Shown here piece by piece: positions 17,440 through 26,705 of a DNA stretch of 64,000 nucleotides (position 1 is the first letter of the stretch; each line of letters starts with the position of its first letter). The notes beneath the pieces are model-generated. The model saw only the letters and a program-made list of their open reading frames with translations. It ran no database searches and had not been told where the DNA came from. Source of the DNA: a virus. Its lineage: Duplodnaviria; Caudoviricetes. Where the stretch lies: the IMG/VR virus record IMGVR_UViG_3300021387_001758, positions 14,388-78,387 of that record. One strand, given 5' to 3'. Both the position numbers and the translations under genes were made by a program.

Positions 17440-18147
17440 TTATTCCTCCCATTCTACTTCTTCAATTTTTCGATACAAAATTCTAAAATTTTCTTTAACA
17501 CTTCTATCAATATGATAATGTCCACAATACCATTTCCCATAATTAGGACAATAGTACAAAATACTATTCAACATCTGACTTGTTTTGTCAGAACGATAGT
17601 CATTACCATAAAGATACTTTTTATAATCTGTTGGCGCCGCATGAGTGATGATAAGATCTGGCTTAAAATCAATCTTTTCTAAGTTCTTTAAAGCATTATT
17701 GAACTCAGTTTCGTTAGGCTCTTCCTCTGGCCACCAGTTCTCACCTTCTGTTCGCCAATATTTATCCGTAGACTGCGCGCCACCAAAAGCAAACAGAGTT
17801 CTGCCATCTATCTCAAACACCTCTCCTCTCATAAGGTGAATTACGCTTCGCATTATACGATGAACTTTTCCACCATGCCATTTCTCTACGTCATATGCGG
17901 CCAGTCGTGGAAAACATTCATGGTTGCCATCGACAAATAAAGTTGTCCAAGGCGCGCCGTCAAGCCAATTTAATAAATCCTGCTCTCGATCTGTCATTCC
18001 TTTATAATTAAAGATGACTCCAAAATCTCCACAAATTATTAAATAGTCCTCTTTCGTGAGGTTTTTACCCTCACGAAAGGCGAACTCATACAACTTATCA
18101 AAATCTATATAACTATGTAAATCTCCTGTAACAAATATCTTTGACAT
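17440..18147 (-). CDS. Calcineurin-like metallophosphoesterase
   Basis: GDLH, GDFG, DGNHE, ITHAAP and CGHYH motifs. Confidence 0.9.
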   Translation of the reverse strand: MSKIFVTGDLHSYIDFDKLYEFAFREGKNLTKEDYLIICGDFGVIFNYKGMTDREQDLLNWLDGAPWTTLFVDGNHECFPRLAAYDVEKWHGGKVHRIMRSVIHLMRGEVFEIDGRTLFAFGGAQSTDKYWRTEGENWWPEEEPNETEFNNALKNLEKIDFKPDLIITHAAPTDYKKYLYGNDYRSDKTSQMLNSILYYCPNYGKWYCGHYHIDRSVKENFRILYRKIEEVEWEE

Positions 18148-18151
18148 TATC

Positions 18152-18742
18152 CTAACCTATTACCATTATCAAACCAAATTCTTCATTCTCATTCAATACA
18201 GCAAACTCACTAATTTCTGACACAGCTTCACTAAGCACATTACAGATATACTCAACAGAATTTCTATTTATATATCCAACATGACCATATTCTGCACGAT
18301 CTTCTGCGCCCATCTCGGCATATACTTCTGCTGGTAAAACACCTGAAAGCTCGTACTCGATTACATCAGGACTATAATCAGTTCTAATAAGCATTTCCAT
18401 TTCATTATGAGTTAAGTAACCTCTAATAACAATATCATTAGGATCAACCCATACTTCACTCATAGGAAGCCACTCACAAAGAAGATAATTCCAACCAGCT
18501 CGCGCGCCTTTGTCAGCCTTATCATAACCAACAAGTTTCTGAAGATCAGCTGACGCGATAGATACATTTATACCGATTGCTTTTTCCTCAAAATCTTCCC
18601 AATGGATAAAACTTTTAGAACGGCAATACAAACATTCTACTTTGAACTCCCCATTTTTATCTTTGTAATAAGGACCAATGACGTCTACTGCGCCAGTTTC
18701 TTTATTTCTTTTTCCTGCATAGAACATATAATAAGTACTCAT
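18152..18742 (-). CDS. Hypothetical protein
   Basis: ORF with RBS and sigmaA-like promoter. Confidence 0.7.
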   Translation of the reverse strand: MSTYYMFYAGKRNKETGAVDVIGPYYKDKNGEFKVECLYCRSKSFIHWEDFEEKAIGINVSIASADLQKLVGYDKADKGARAGWNYLLCEWLPMSEVWVDPNDIVIRGYLTHNEMEMLIRTDYSPDVIEYELSGVLPAEVYAEMGAEDRAEYGHVGYINRNSVEYICNVLSEAVSEISEFAVLNENEEFGLIMVIG

Positions 18743-18854
18743 AATTTCATCTCCTTTCCCTTTCTATATATATTATATCAAAAATTTCTAGAAAATTCAA
18801 AATACAAATAGGAGAGGGATATACCCCTCCTACCTTTATATCCCAAAATTCACT

Positions 18855-19301
18855 TTACCAACTCACCATAAGCCACACTTCTCCTTCTTTAAAGGCTTCA
18901 CGAACTGCGGCATCGGCTTCATACCAAAGAGCAACTGCATGAGCTTCCCAATCTGCACCGAGATAGTAGCTGCTACCCTCATTAAAGATTCTATCCATCG
19001 TATACTCTATAACATTATAGAGATCACCAGTCTCATCTTCCCAGTTACGATAGTTAAGAACAAAGTCACGGAAATCATCATTCTTAAAGTAAGGCTCAAT
19101 TGCTTTATAAAAAGTATTCCAATCTTCTTCGGAAATGCGGAAGTTATATTCACTTCCATCAGTGATTTCTACGTTTTCCATGAAAAAATTGGCGATTGCC
19201 CAAGTTTTTCTTCCGTAGGCAAGTTCGCTTTCAAGTTCTTCCTCTATTGACATATCATGGATGTCTTTAGTCCTCTTGTAAAGTACAAGATCAAGTCCCA
19301 T
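18855..19301 (-). CDS. Hypothetical protein (MGLD-start phage family)
   Basis: ORF; YGRKTWAIANFF motif. Confidence 0.65.
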   Translation of the reverse strand: MGLDLVLYKRTKDIHDMSIEEELESELAYGRKTWAIANFFMENVEITDGSEYNFRISEEDWNTFYKAIEPYFKNDDFRDFVLNYRNWEDETGDLYNVIEYTMDRIFNEGSSYYLGADWEAHAVALWYEADAAVREAFKEGEVWLMVSW

Positions 19302-19321
19302 ATTGATTAGTTCTCCTTTCC

Positions 19322-19531
19322 TTAAATTATCTTTCCTTTTTCATGTTCCATTACAAAAAAGAAATCTTCTAATATTCTTTCAAAGTCATCATCTTCTAAA
19401 TAGTACAGATCCCCATGTCCTGAAAATACCTTAAGATTTTCAATAAGTTGCCCAAAGCGCCAGTCCGGAACCTTAAGCCAATAGTATTCAAGCAGTTCCA
19501 TCAAATGGGGAATTCGTGAAATGTTTCTCAT
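19322..19531 (-). CDS. YihD/DUF1040-like small protein
   Basis: MRNISRIPHLMELLEYYWLKVPDWRFGQLI pattern. Confidence 0.55.
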   Translation of the reverse strand: MRNISRIPHLMELLEYYWLKVPDWRFGQLIENLKVFSGHGDLYYLEDDDFERILEDFFFVMEHEKGKII

Positions 19532-19532
19532 T

Positions 19533-19736
19533 TTATATCTCTACCTTTCGCGCATTTGCTAAATCTAACATATCAAGTATATCTTTTAAAAGAAGCTGAT
19601 CAGATGGGTGTAATATATCTCTTGAATACTCATCAAACAGACACTTATGAACAAGAAGGAATTCTACTGGAGAAAACTCAACATAAACAGAATTCACACA
19701 GTCCTCATCATTTATAGCAACCATAATTCTTTTCAT
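19533..19736 (-). CDS. Hypothetical protein
   Basis: ORF in operon. Confidence 0.55.
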   Translation of the reverse strand: MKRIMVAINDEDCVNSVYVEFSPVEFLLVHKCLFDEYSRDILHPSDQLLLKDILDMLDLANARKVEI

Positions 19737-20050
19737 CTAAACCACCCTACTACAAAACGATAACCATCTTTATTTACAACTTCATAGTTGAAATTATCTT
19801 CATTATCTATTTCCTGCTTCTCTTCAATCATCTCAATTAAGTCAGCCGCGCGCACTTGTTCGTCATATTCATTAAGAACAACATACTCGCCAGTATCAAC
19901 TTTCTCTTTAATAAACTGAAGAAACTCATTATAATCTTGAAACCATTCACAGCTGTGAAAAAGAAAGCGCCAGCCCGCGGAAGACTTCCCAATATGAATT
20001 GGTTCTTCTATTGTTGGTCTATTTTTTACTGCAAAATAATTTGTTCCCAT
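19733..20050 (-). CDS. Hypothetical phage protein
   Basis: MGTNYF...HIGKSSAGWRFLFH. Confidence 0.65.
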   Translation of the reverse strand: MGTNYFAVKNRPTIEEPIHIGKSSAGWRFLFHSCEWFQDYNEFLQFIKEKVDTGEYVVLNEYDEQVRAADLIEMIEEKQEIDNEDNFNYEVVNKDGYRFVVGWFR

Positions 20051-20064
20051 CGCTTTCTCCTTTT

Positions 20065-20685
20065 TTAATAACAACCTGCATAATCTATGATAACGGGATG
20101 ATCTCCTAAATAACCTACGTTACCTTCATGAATATCATGAAGTCCCATACCATCACAAAACTCTAATAACTTAAAAACTTTCTCTAACGGGTAATATACA
20201 CTAAAAAGATTTACAATAACTTCTGCATCATCATAACACATACCACTATTATGGAAACGAGCATCTGATTCATAAACTCCACTAGAAATATCTGATGCAA
20301 TTTCATTTTCATCTACAAATGCCTTTTCCATTAAATAGAAATCAATATTGTGGAATGTGCCACCTTTCCAACATTTAGCAAAGTACTCTTCAAATCCATC
20401 GCCTTCGGCGTCTTTAAAGAAGTTAACTTCTCTCTCGCTTGCACTTTCGGATTCATCAACAAAATCGAATTTAATAACCCAATCGAAATCATTAATAACA
20501 AGAACTCCTCTATAACAACCGCTTGCAATATGAAGCCAATCTGTTTTAGGCGAGTTCATTTCAAACTCTAACCAATCGTTATTTTTCCCACTATCAATAA
20601 AATTTTCAAAATAGGCAGAGTCTTCGTATAAACACTCGATGATTTCATAAGCTCTATCATTAATTTCTGTTAATGTCATTCCCAT
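20065..20685 (-). CDS. Protein-kinase-like fold protein
   Basis: SGCYRGV (P-loop-like), VIKF, HDIHEGNVG catalytic loop, IIDY. Confidence 0.6.
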   Translation of the reverse strand: MGMTLTEINDRAYEIIECLYEDSAYFENFIDSGKNNDWLEFEMNSPKTDWLHIASGCYRGVLVINDFDWVIKFDFVDESESASEREVNFFKDAEGDGFEEYFAKCWKGGTFHNIDFYLMEKAFVDENEIASDISSGVYESDARFHNSGMCYDDAEVIVNLFSVYYPLEKVFKLLEFCDGMGLHDIHEGNVGYLGDHPVIIDYAGCY

Positions 20686-20772
20686 TGTTAACTTCCTTTC
20701 TATATACCTTTCCTATTTTCTATATATATTATAAAAGAAATTTTAAAAAAAATCAAATTAAAAAAAAGAAGG

Positions 20773-21048
20773 CTAATAGCCTTCTTCCAAGTCATAGTTA
20801 AGTTTTTCGAGCCTCCGTTTATCAGCTATGGGCGGATCATATGCCGGTCCGTACCAACCTTTTCTTTTCCGATTTGATTTGCTTGCGCACAGAGGACAGC
20901 TACAATGGATTTTATTTTTACTGTACTGATGCAAATTGTCAAACCATTCCCAATTACTATTATTAGATGAATATAGCTCTTTTGCGAGCCTACGTTTACG
21001 GCGCGCCTTCGATACATCGTTATGGCGCCGTTCAGCTCTTGTTCTCAT
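20773..21048 (-). CDS. Basic hypothetical protein with CSCPLC motif
   Basis: ORF track. Confidence 0.6.
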   Translation of the reverse strand: MRTRAERRHNDVSKARRKRRLAKELYSSNNSNWEWFDNLHQYSKNKIHCSCPLCASKSNRKRKGWYGPAYDPPIADKRRLEKLNYDLEEGY

Positions 21049-21066
21049 AGGATACCTCCTATCTAC

Positions 21067-21540
21067 TTATTGAACTATGCCTTCCTTTAAATATTTTTTA
21101 AGAAATTCATTGAAGCAACCGCGATTACCAAAGAATTTCTTCATAAAACACATCGCAATTCCTTTTTCCTCATCGAACTCTTCATCTTCTGCGCACGTTA
21201 CAGTTGTAACTGTTTTATCTTTCCACAGAATTGTGGTTGTACGTTTTTTGTAATTGAAAAAAACTCTATCAATTGGATCTTGCGGCCGCGCCTTAACTTT
21301 TTCTTTAGGTTTATAATCTAAAATTCTTGCCAAAGCATATTCCCATTCGCTCAATGGTATCTTCACTTGTCCAACTTTTATACTATTCCAATCATTTACG
21401 TATATTGGGTCAGTGCTGTAGAATTCATACGGCATAATGTATGTGCCAGTGCCAGTACCTGTTGTATTATAAGTGATGGTGTCGCCAGTTCCGGTGGTAT
21501 AAGTGATAGGGTCGCCCGTATTTAATGTTACTTTACTCAT
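21067..21540 (-). CDS. Hypothetical protein
   Basis: ORF; TTILWKDKT...DEEKGIAMC motif seen in phage proteins. Confidence 0.65.
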   Translation of the reverse strand: MSKVTLNTGDPITYTTGTGDTITYNTTGTGTGTYIMPYEFYSTDPIYVNDWNSIKVGQVKIPLSEWEYALARILDYKPKEKVKARPQDPIDRVFFNYKKRTTTILWKDKTVTTVTCAEDEEFDEEKGIAMCFMKKFFGNRGCFNEFLKKYLKEGIVQ

Positions 21541-21571
21541 AATTAATTCCTCCTTTTAACGCTTTTATATA

Positions 21572-23335
21572 TTAGAAAAGTTCATATATTGATGTCTTAT
21601 CATCATTCTTTGGGGTTACTTGTAAGAAAGAAGCAAAATTAAGAACACTTTTAATTCTGATGTTGGCTATTAATAGCTCATAAAGTCCTGAGTTTTCAGG
21701 AGTTGGAGTCCAACTAGTTTCATCATTACCTCTCCAATATTTTGTAAATTGGGGTGGCTCACCTGTATTGAAACGTTCATCAGTTGTTTTACCTCTTTTC
21801 AATCCTGTGATTGTTGTATCTGGTTGTTTCATTAATTTATTCGCTTTATAATCTTCATCTAACCTTTTATTATTATATAATCTAAGTATAATTTCACTAA
21901 CCGGTATTAATTTGTCACCACCTAAAAAATAAAAAGTATTGGTATGCTCGGGTTTTAAGCCATCTTTTACATTAAAGTTTAAAGCTCTCCAAATATACTT
22001 TTCTACATAATCTTTTAAAAAGCCCTTCATATTACCAACTTGTGAAGCAATAGAAGCATTAAACTTATAGTTAGCTATACTTGTAACTATATCATCACCT
22101 AAATTTGGAGCAATTAATCCTAAGTCAGTATTAACTTCTATCGAGTCATATCCTTCTCTATCTACGTTTTTAACTTGTAGACCAATATCTTGTGTACCTA
22201 TATCAGCACCTAGATCTACCATAATTTGATAATCGCTACGTCCTTGACCACGATTAACTTCCACACCGCCTTTACTACTTTGTTCTACTCTATCGCCAAT
22301 TATATGTCCTAATTTTCCATCGAACTCTTTATTAGCTAAAGACGCATAATTAAGCGCGACATCAAGAGCAAATTCTCCAGGATTACCTAAAACACCTTTT
22401 ATAAGGTTATCTCCCTCAAAGAAGAAATCTGTATCTAATTTATTCCAAGCCAAGTCAAAAGCGTCTTTTAACATTCCATCATCAGATACTTCTAATCTTT
22501 GTAATAAAAAATTTTTTACTTCTTCTCTTGCTTGATTAATTTTAGCAATTACTTCTTCATTTCCTTCATCTTTAGCCCTTTTAATATCACTTTTTTTGAA
22601 TTTACTAAAGGGCAATTCTTCTTTTGGTAAATCTTGAGTAATAGTTTGTGTGGTTGAAGTGTTTTTTGGTGCGTCAGTCGACACGGTTATACCTGGAATG
22701 ATTTGTTTTGCAAAAACATCAGACTCACCTAACTCATCTCCCAACCATATAGCAAGCGCTTTTGTATTAGTAGAATCGGGATCAAATTTACTAGTATTAT
22801 ATAAGTGACTTCTATTAAATGGGTCAAAATTACGTTCAAAATTTTTAGGTATACCTTTAATGTAATTAACAATCTCCTTCATAAGACCTACGTCAGCTGT
22901 ATTATTAATACTTAAGGTCATAGTATCACTTTCAAAAGCAAAAGAGCTATTCTTCCCTTTTAATTGTATTTTCCCCGCAGCTTCTTTTGTAATCGTTATT
23001 TTATAGTTAACGGGTACAGAATTAGATGTTATTGTATAATCATTTTTTAAAGAAGCATTTTTTAATCGAGCTATCTTTTGACCTGCGCGATCAGCTTTAT
23101 TAAAAATTTCTCGCATTTTCTCTATAAAAGTTTTATAATCTGTCACTCCAGGGAAAAATTTTTGATAAAAAGCTATTTCCCTTTTTCTCGCATAGTCAAT
23201 TGCATCTTGATAATCTTGAACTATCGAAGCTACATGAAACATAGATTTAAAACTTTCAGACTTATCGTTAAAATAACCCACCGCCCCAAAATAACTACTA
23301 TTTGTATGTAATAAGCCGTTGTGATATAGACTCAT
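21572..23335 (-). CDS. Large hypothetical protein (about 587 aa)
   Basis: Long ORF; start moved to RBS-preceded ATG; preceded by candidate phage-specific promoter. Confidence 0.75.
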   Translation of the reverse strand: MSLYHNGLLHTNSSYFGAVGYFNDKSESFKSMFHVASIVQDYQDAIDYARKREIAFYQKFFPGVTDYKTFIEKMREIFNKADRAGQKIARLKNASLKNDYTITSNSVPVNYKITITKEAAGKIQLKGKNSSFAFESDTMTLSINNTADVGLMKEIVNYIKGIPKNFERNFDPFNRSHLYNTSKFDPDSTNTKALAIWLGDELGESDVFAKQIIPGITVSTDAPKNTSTTQTITQDLPKEELPFSKFKKSDIKRAKDEGNEEVIAKINQAREEVKNFLLQRLEVSDDGMLKDAFDLAWNKLDTDFFFEGDNLIKGVLGNPGEFALDVALNYASLANKEFDGKLGHIIGDRVEQSSKGGVEVNRGQGRSDYQIMVDLGADIGTQDIGLQVKNVDREGYDSIEVNTDLGLIAPNLGDDIVTSIANYKFNASIASQVGNMKGFLKDYVEKYIWRALNFNVKDGLKPEHTNTFYFLGGDKLIPVSEIILRLYNNKRLDEDYKANKLMKQPDTTITGLKRGKTTDERFNTGEPPQFTKYWRGNDETSWTPTPENSGLYELLIANIRIKSVLNFASFLQVTPKNDDKTSIYELF

Positions 23336-23533
23336 TCCTTTTCCTCCAAAATAAAAAGGGTAACTTTTTCCAAAGCTACCCAAAGATATATGTATAAAGC
23401 CACTACCAATGGGTATGACTTGAATTTAATTTACTCTATTATTAAGTAAATTAAAGAAAAGGAAAGTATAAAATTTTAAAAACTTTTTTTCAATGGAGCT
23501 GGTGGAGGGACTTGAACCCCCAACCTAGTGATT

Positions 23534-24119
23534 CATACCACTACAGTTTTCACTGCCACTAAAATGTTTGTGGTCTGGACTTTCTCTTAGCCATAGATTA
23601 ATCCTTAGGCTCTCCCTGTAAAGTCTCTACACACGACTATTTGTCTTGCTCGGGATTAGCATATAATGAATATTGTTTACGGTCTTTTCTACCCTTTCCT
23701 TTATTCGCGCCTTTGTAGGTTGCGGTTAAAGAATGACAGTTAGGACACAAAACTATTAAATTATCTTCAGAATTATTTTGATAGTTACCATCAATATGTT
23801 CAATCTCTAATGGTAAAGTATTAGTAAAAGGATTAATTTCACCCCATCCGCAACGCGCACATTTATAATTATATTTCTCAAACAAATATCGCTTCAGATG
23901 TTCGGAAATGCCATATTTCCCTCTTAATCCAGTTTCTTGACCTTTTTTCCAACGAGTTACCCATTGTTTATGTTGGTAATCCATTTGGCATTGATTGCAA
24001 CAATATTTAGTTTGTCTACCAGTTAATTCTTTTCCGCAATTTAAACATTTCATTACTTAGCCTTCCCCGAATTAGGGGAGTGTTCACTTATAAGTTTCCT
24101 TATAAGGTTGCAATAATTT
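23534..24119 (-). mobile_element. Group I intron (586 nt) with HNH ORF
   Basis: P AATTCGGGGAA, Q AATCCCGAG, R GTAGAGACT, S AAGAGAAAGTCC; terminal G; exon TTGT pairs with GCAA. Confidence 0.9.
23637..24053 (-). CDS. Intron-encoded HNH homing endonuclease
   Basis: CARC...EHIDGNYQNN...LCPNCH. Confidence 0.85.
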   Translation of the reverse strand: MKCLNCGKELTGRQTKYCCNQCQMDYQHKQWVTRWKKGQETGLRGKYGISEHLKRYLFEKYNYKCARCGWGEINPFTNTLPLEIEHIDGNYQNNSEDNLIVLCPNCHSLTATYKGANKGKGRKDRKQYSLYANPEQDK

Positions 24120-24190
24120 ACAAATCACTTGCGCTACCAATTGCGCCACACCAGCACACTTAAGGGTAAGCTAGCTACTTCCTACCCTTA

Positions 24191-24283
24191 TGGTGGTTAT
24201 TTTTACTCACTACTTGCAGAGTACCTCAACCCTGGTTTTACCGACTCCAGGGGAAACGGGTGGCTGACTTTCGTAAAATAACC
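24191..24283 (-). ncRNA. 93-nt CCA-ended tRNA-like RNA with non-canonical interior
   Basis: GGTTATTTTAC.../...GTAAAAATAACC-ACCA closing stem; internal hairpins CCCTGG/CCAGGG and TACT/AGTA. Confidence 0.4.
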
Positions 24284-24340
24284 AAACTACTTGGGGAGCC
24301 ACAACCTATCCCTAGCACAGACAAAAGTCCTACTGGGTAA

Positions 24341-24415
24341 TGGCGGGAAGGATAGGACTCGAACCTACAACCTCGTGCTTAACAGGCACTTGCTCCACCA
24401 TTGAGCTACCAACCC
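24341..24415 (-). tRNA. tRNA-Asn(GTT)
   Basis: Cloverleaf, loop CTGTTAA, CCA. Confidence 0.92.
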
Positions 24416-24425
24416 ACGCTCAAGT

Positions 24426-24566
24426 CTATTCAGACTGCGCGCCTTCAAGATTTCTAATCTGTCTCTTCAGTTTCCTCACTACACCAGAACTCTCACCGTT
24501 CTTTCCGTTCGACTGAAGAAGATGCAGCCTATGTTTAAGACCTTCAATAGATTTTCCCTTTGCCAT
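24426..24566 (-). CDS. Small basic protein (46 aa)
   Basis: Manual ORF MAKGKSIEGLKHRLHLLQ..., AAGGAG RBS. Confidence 0.6.
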   Translation of the reverse strand: MAKGKSIEGLKHRLHLLQSNGKNGESSGVVRKLKRQIRNLEGAQSE

Positions 24567-24614
24567 AAAATAAACTCCTTTCTTAAAGAGCAAACACCCT
24601 TTAATAAATATATA

Positions 24615-25200
24615 ATTAAGAGTCTTTCAACTTACTAACTACTAACGCCACTATATTTGACTAATGGGGAGACATACCCAAGCAATAAGGAGCGACCCTA
24701 TTACTATATGCCCCGCTTGCGCCAAGCCCATAGAGGACTGATTACCTCTACCTTTCAGGTGATATTCGGCAATTTTTTAGAAAAGCAATCTCTCTATCTT
24801 CCTTGCTTCATACCAAATAAATTAATATGCTTGAGTCTTCGCAGATTTACCCTACTCGGAGTTGACATACAAACGGTTATACACAGATTTCTCTGCTTCA
24901 ACTGCAAAACGAATTATTGGCATTTCTTAGGTTTGCCCCTGGGCAGCCAACCCAAAACCTAACTAAGATTCGGCGTTTGCTATTAACAAGCGCTTCTATT
25001 ATTTCGCCCGTTCGTATTCTGTCTTTAGCTCACGTTAGCAGTAGCGCTACACCTTTGGTTTCGGCTTCCAACCTACACGATAGTCGTCACCGCCTATCGC
25101 ACAGCCCCTTAACGAGTATCCCCGTTTCTATGGACTGACCGCCCTTTCGGGTTGTTTCGGTGTACCTCAGCACTGCAATCAGCAACTCTTCACTGAGTTC
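24615..25200 (-). ncRNA. Candidate large structured ncRNA (about 580 nt; ROOL/GOLLD-like context)
   Basis: No credible ORF; several GNRA-capped hairpins; sigmaA promoter upstream; lies within the tRNA array. Confidence 0.55.
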
Positions 25201-25423
25201 TTATTTATATATTTATTAAAGAGTGTTTCTCCTTTCTTTACCTTATATAAATATTATACCGAAAATTTGGATTTTCGTCAAATTTTCAGAAATATTTTTC
25301 TCTAAAAATTTTATCTTGTTTAAAGGCTTTTGTTTATCGGTACGCCACAAGAGCCTTAACTCCCGCCACTACCCTACGTTTACCGTACAGACCCTCTCAA
25401 GCGAGCGCCAGTTAGTGGATTGA

Positions 25424-25498
25424 TGGCTACGGCGGCTGGGTTCGAACCAGCGAATGACGGAGTCAAAGTCCGTTGTGTTACCACTTCACCACGCCGCA
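25424..25498 (-). tRNA. tRNA-Gln(TTG)
   Basis: Cloverleaf, loop CTTTGAC. Confidence 0.92.
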
Positions 25499-25643
25499 AT
25501 ATAAGTGGCATATTTTCCCCATATGCCGGAAGGGCGAGTTTAACGGCCCTCGCGCCGCCTATTGATTATGCCCTCAACAGGATAAGAGCTGTGGTGCGCC
25601 TGACTGGAGTCGAACCAGCACGATCTCACAATCGAGGGATTTT

Positions 25644-26381
25644 CCTGCTACTCCATGTTGCCATGGCCGCGTCACCGCGTTGTAGTCTGGACTTTCTCTT
25701 CACCATGCGTTAATACGTTTAGGTGCGCGCCGTCAAGTCTCTACACGTTCCTCATTTGAGGCTTCGCTCGGGATTGTCCACGTGGGAGTTTCCCCGAATT
25801 TGACGCGATTCACATGGGAGTTTCCAACCCAAGTGCTCTATTTTATATTTTTGGTTTTATATGTATCAGTAAAATAATGACAATTAGGACAAAGTATTTC
25901 GAGATTATCTAAATGATTATTATTTTTATTGCCATCTTTATGATGTAACTCTAATGGAATAGGATTACCCAACCACTCAGTCAAGCCACAACGGCAACAT
26001 TTTTTCTCGAAAAATCCTTCGGCAAATAATCTATTTCTTAGTTTAAAAGAAGTAATTGCTTGTTCATTATTCAAATATTTTTCTATTGGAGTTCGATATT
26101 TTCCAATATTTTTTGTGTGTGCTTGACCAGTAAAATGAGAAGTATCAAAATTATATTTCTCACACATCTCTTTTATAGTCTTAATAGCAGAACCACCATC
26201 TGGATTATATCCTACTTTATTAGCTAACTCTCTAAAAGATTCACTCTCAGCACACATTACTGATAACTGTTCAACAGTAAATTTTTCATACTTTTTCATA
26301 CCTTTTCTCCTCTTATCTCTCTACTTATAAGTAGAAAAAAGGCAGACTAAATATAAAAAATTAAACCAAACCTATATCGAA
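25644..26381 (-). mobile_element. Group I intron (738 nt) with HNH ORF in the 5' (P1-loop) region
   Basis: AAATTCGGGGAA, AATCCCGAG, GTAGAGACT and AAGAGAAAGTCC core elements all downstream of the ORF; terminal G. Confidence 0.88.
25838..26299 (-). CDS. Intron-encoded HNH homing endonuclease
   Basis: CCRC...LELHHKDGNKNNN...LCPNCH. Confidence 0.85.
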   Translation of the reverse strand: MKKYEKFTVEQLSVMCAESESFRELANKVGYNPDGGSAIKTIKEMCEKYNFDTSHFTGQAHTKNIGKYRTPIEKYLNNEQAITSFKLRNRLFAEGFFEKKCCRCGLTEWLGNPIPLELHHKDGNKNNNHLDNLEILCPNCHYFTDTYKTKNIK

Positions 26382-26422
26382 AAGTCCCTTGCGTCTGCCT
26401 ATTCCGCCACAAGCGCGCAGTT

Positions 26423-26671
26423 CTATTCATCAAAGAACTTCCAAATCGGATTCACAAAATCATAATCCCGATTAGAAACTCTATAATTGCCAAACAACTT
26501 TACCAACTCGTCAAGCGTTCCACCGATTTTCAAATAATCTTTCATGGCTTCAAAAGCCTTACTCTGCGCGGCGATCTTATTCTTTTCCTTGTCTTTGAAC
26601 TGCTTTTCTGCAGCAAGGCAATCCTCAACTGTATCGTACTTCTTTCCGGTAATTTCACTTACAACATACAT
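26423..26671 (-). CDS. Hypothetical protein (82 aa)
   Basis: MYVVSEITGKKY... after GAGGAG RBS. Confidence 0.65.
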   Translation of the reverse strand: MYVVSEITGKKYDTVEDCLAAEKQFKDKEKNKIAAQSKAFEAMKDYLKIGGTLDELVKLFGNYRVSNRDYDFVNPIWKFFDE

Positions 26672-26705
26672 ATTGGTTTTCTCCTCACTAACAAGACAAT
26701 AATAC

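Larger units (their letters stand above)
23494..24155 (-). tRNA. tRNA-Thr(TGT) interrupted by a group I intron after anticodon position 36
   Basis: 5' exon 24155-24120 (GCTGGTG...GATTTGT) plus 3' exon 23533-23494 (AATCACT...CCA) gives a 76-nt cloverleaf. Confidence 0.9.
25592..26416 (-). tRNA. tRNA-Leu(TAA) interrupted by a group I intron after U34
   Basis: 5' exon 26416-26382 (...AGGGACTT) plus 3' exon 25643-25592 (AAAATCCCT...CCA), 87 nt with long variable arm. Confidence 0.88.

Noticed and set aside
24657-25138. Plus-strand ORFs 24657-24962 and 24917-25138, and ORFs overlapping tRNAs (25420, 28204, 28656, 26934, 27560)
   Set aside because: No RBS; they lie antisense to or across RNA genes and read as shadow ORFs
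25325-25420. Possible pseudo-tRNA or small ribozyme between the promoter and tRNA-Gln
   Set aside because: Hairpins are present but no cloverleaf or recognisable ribozyme core
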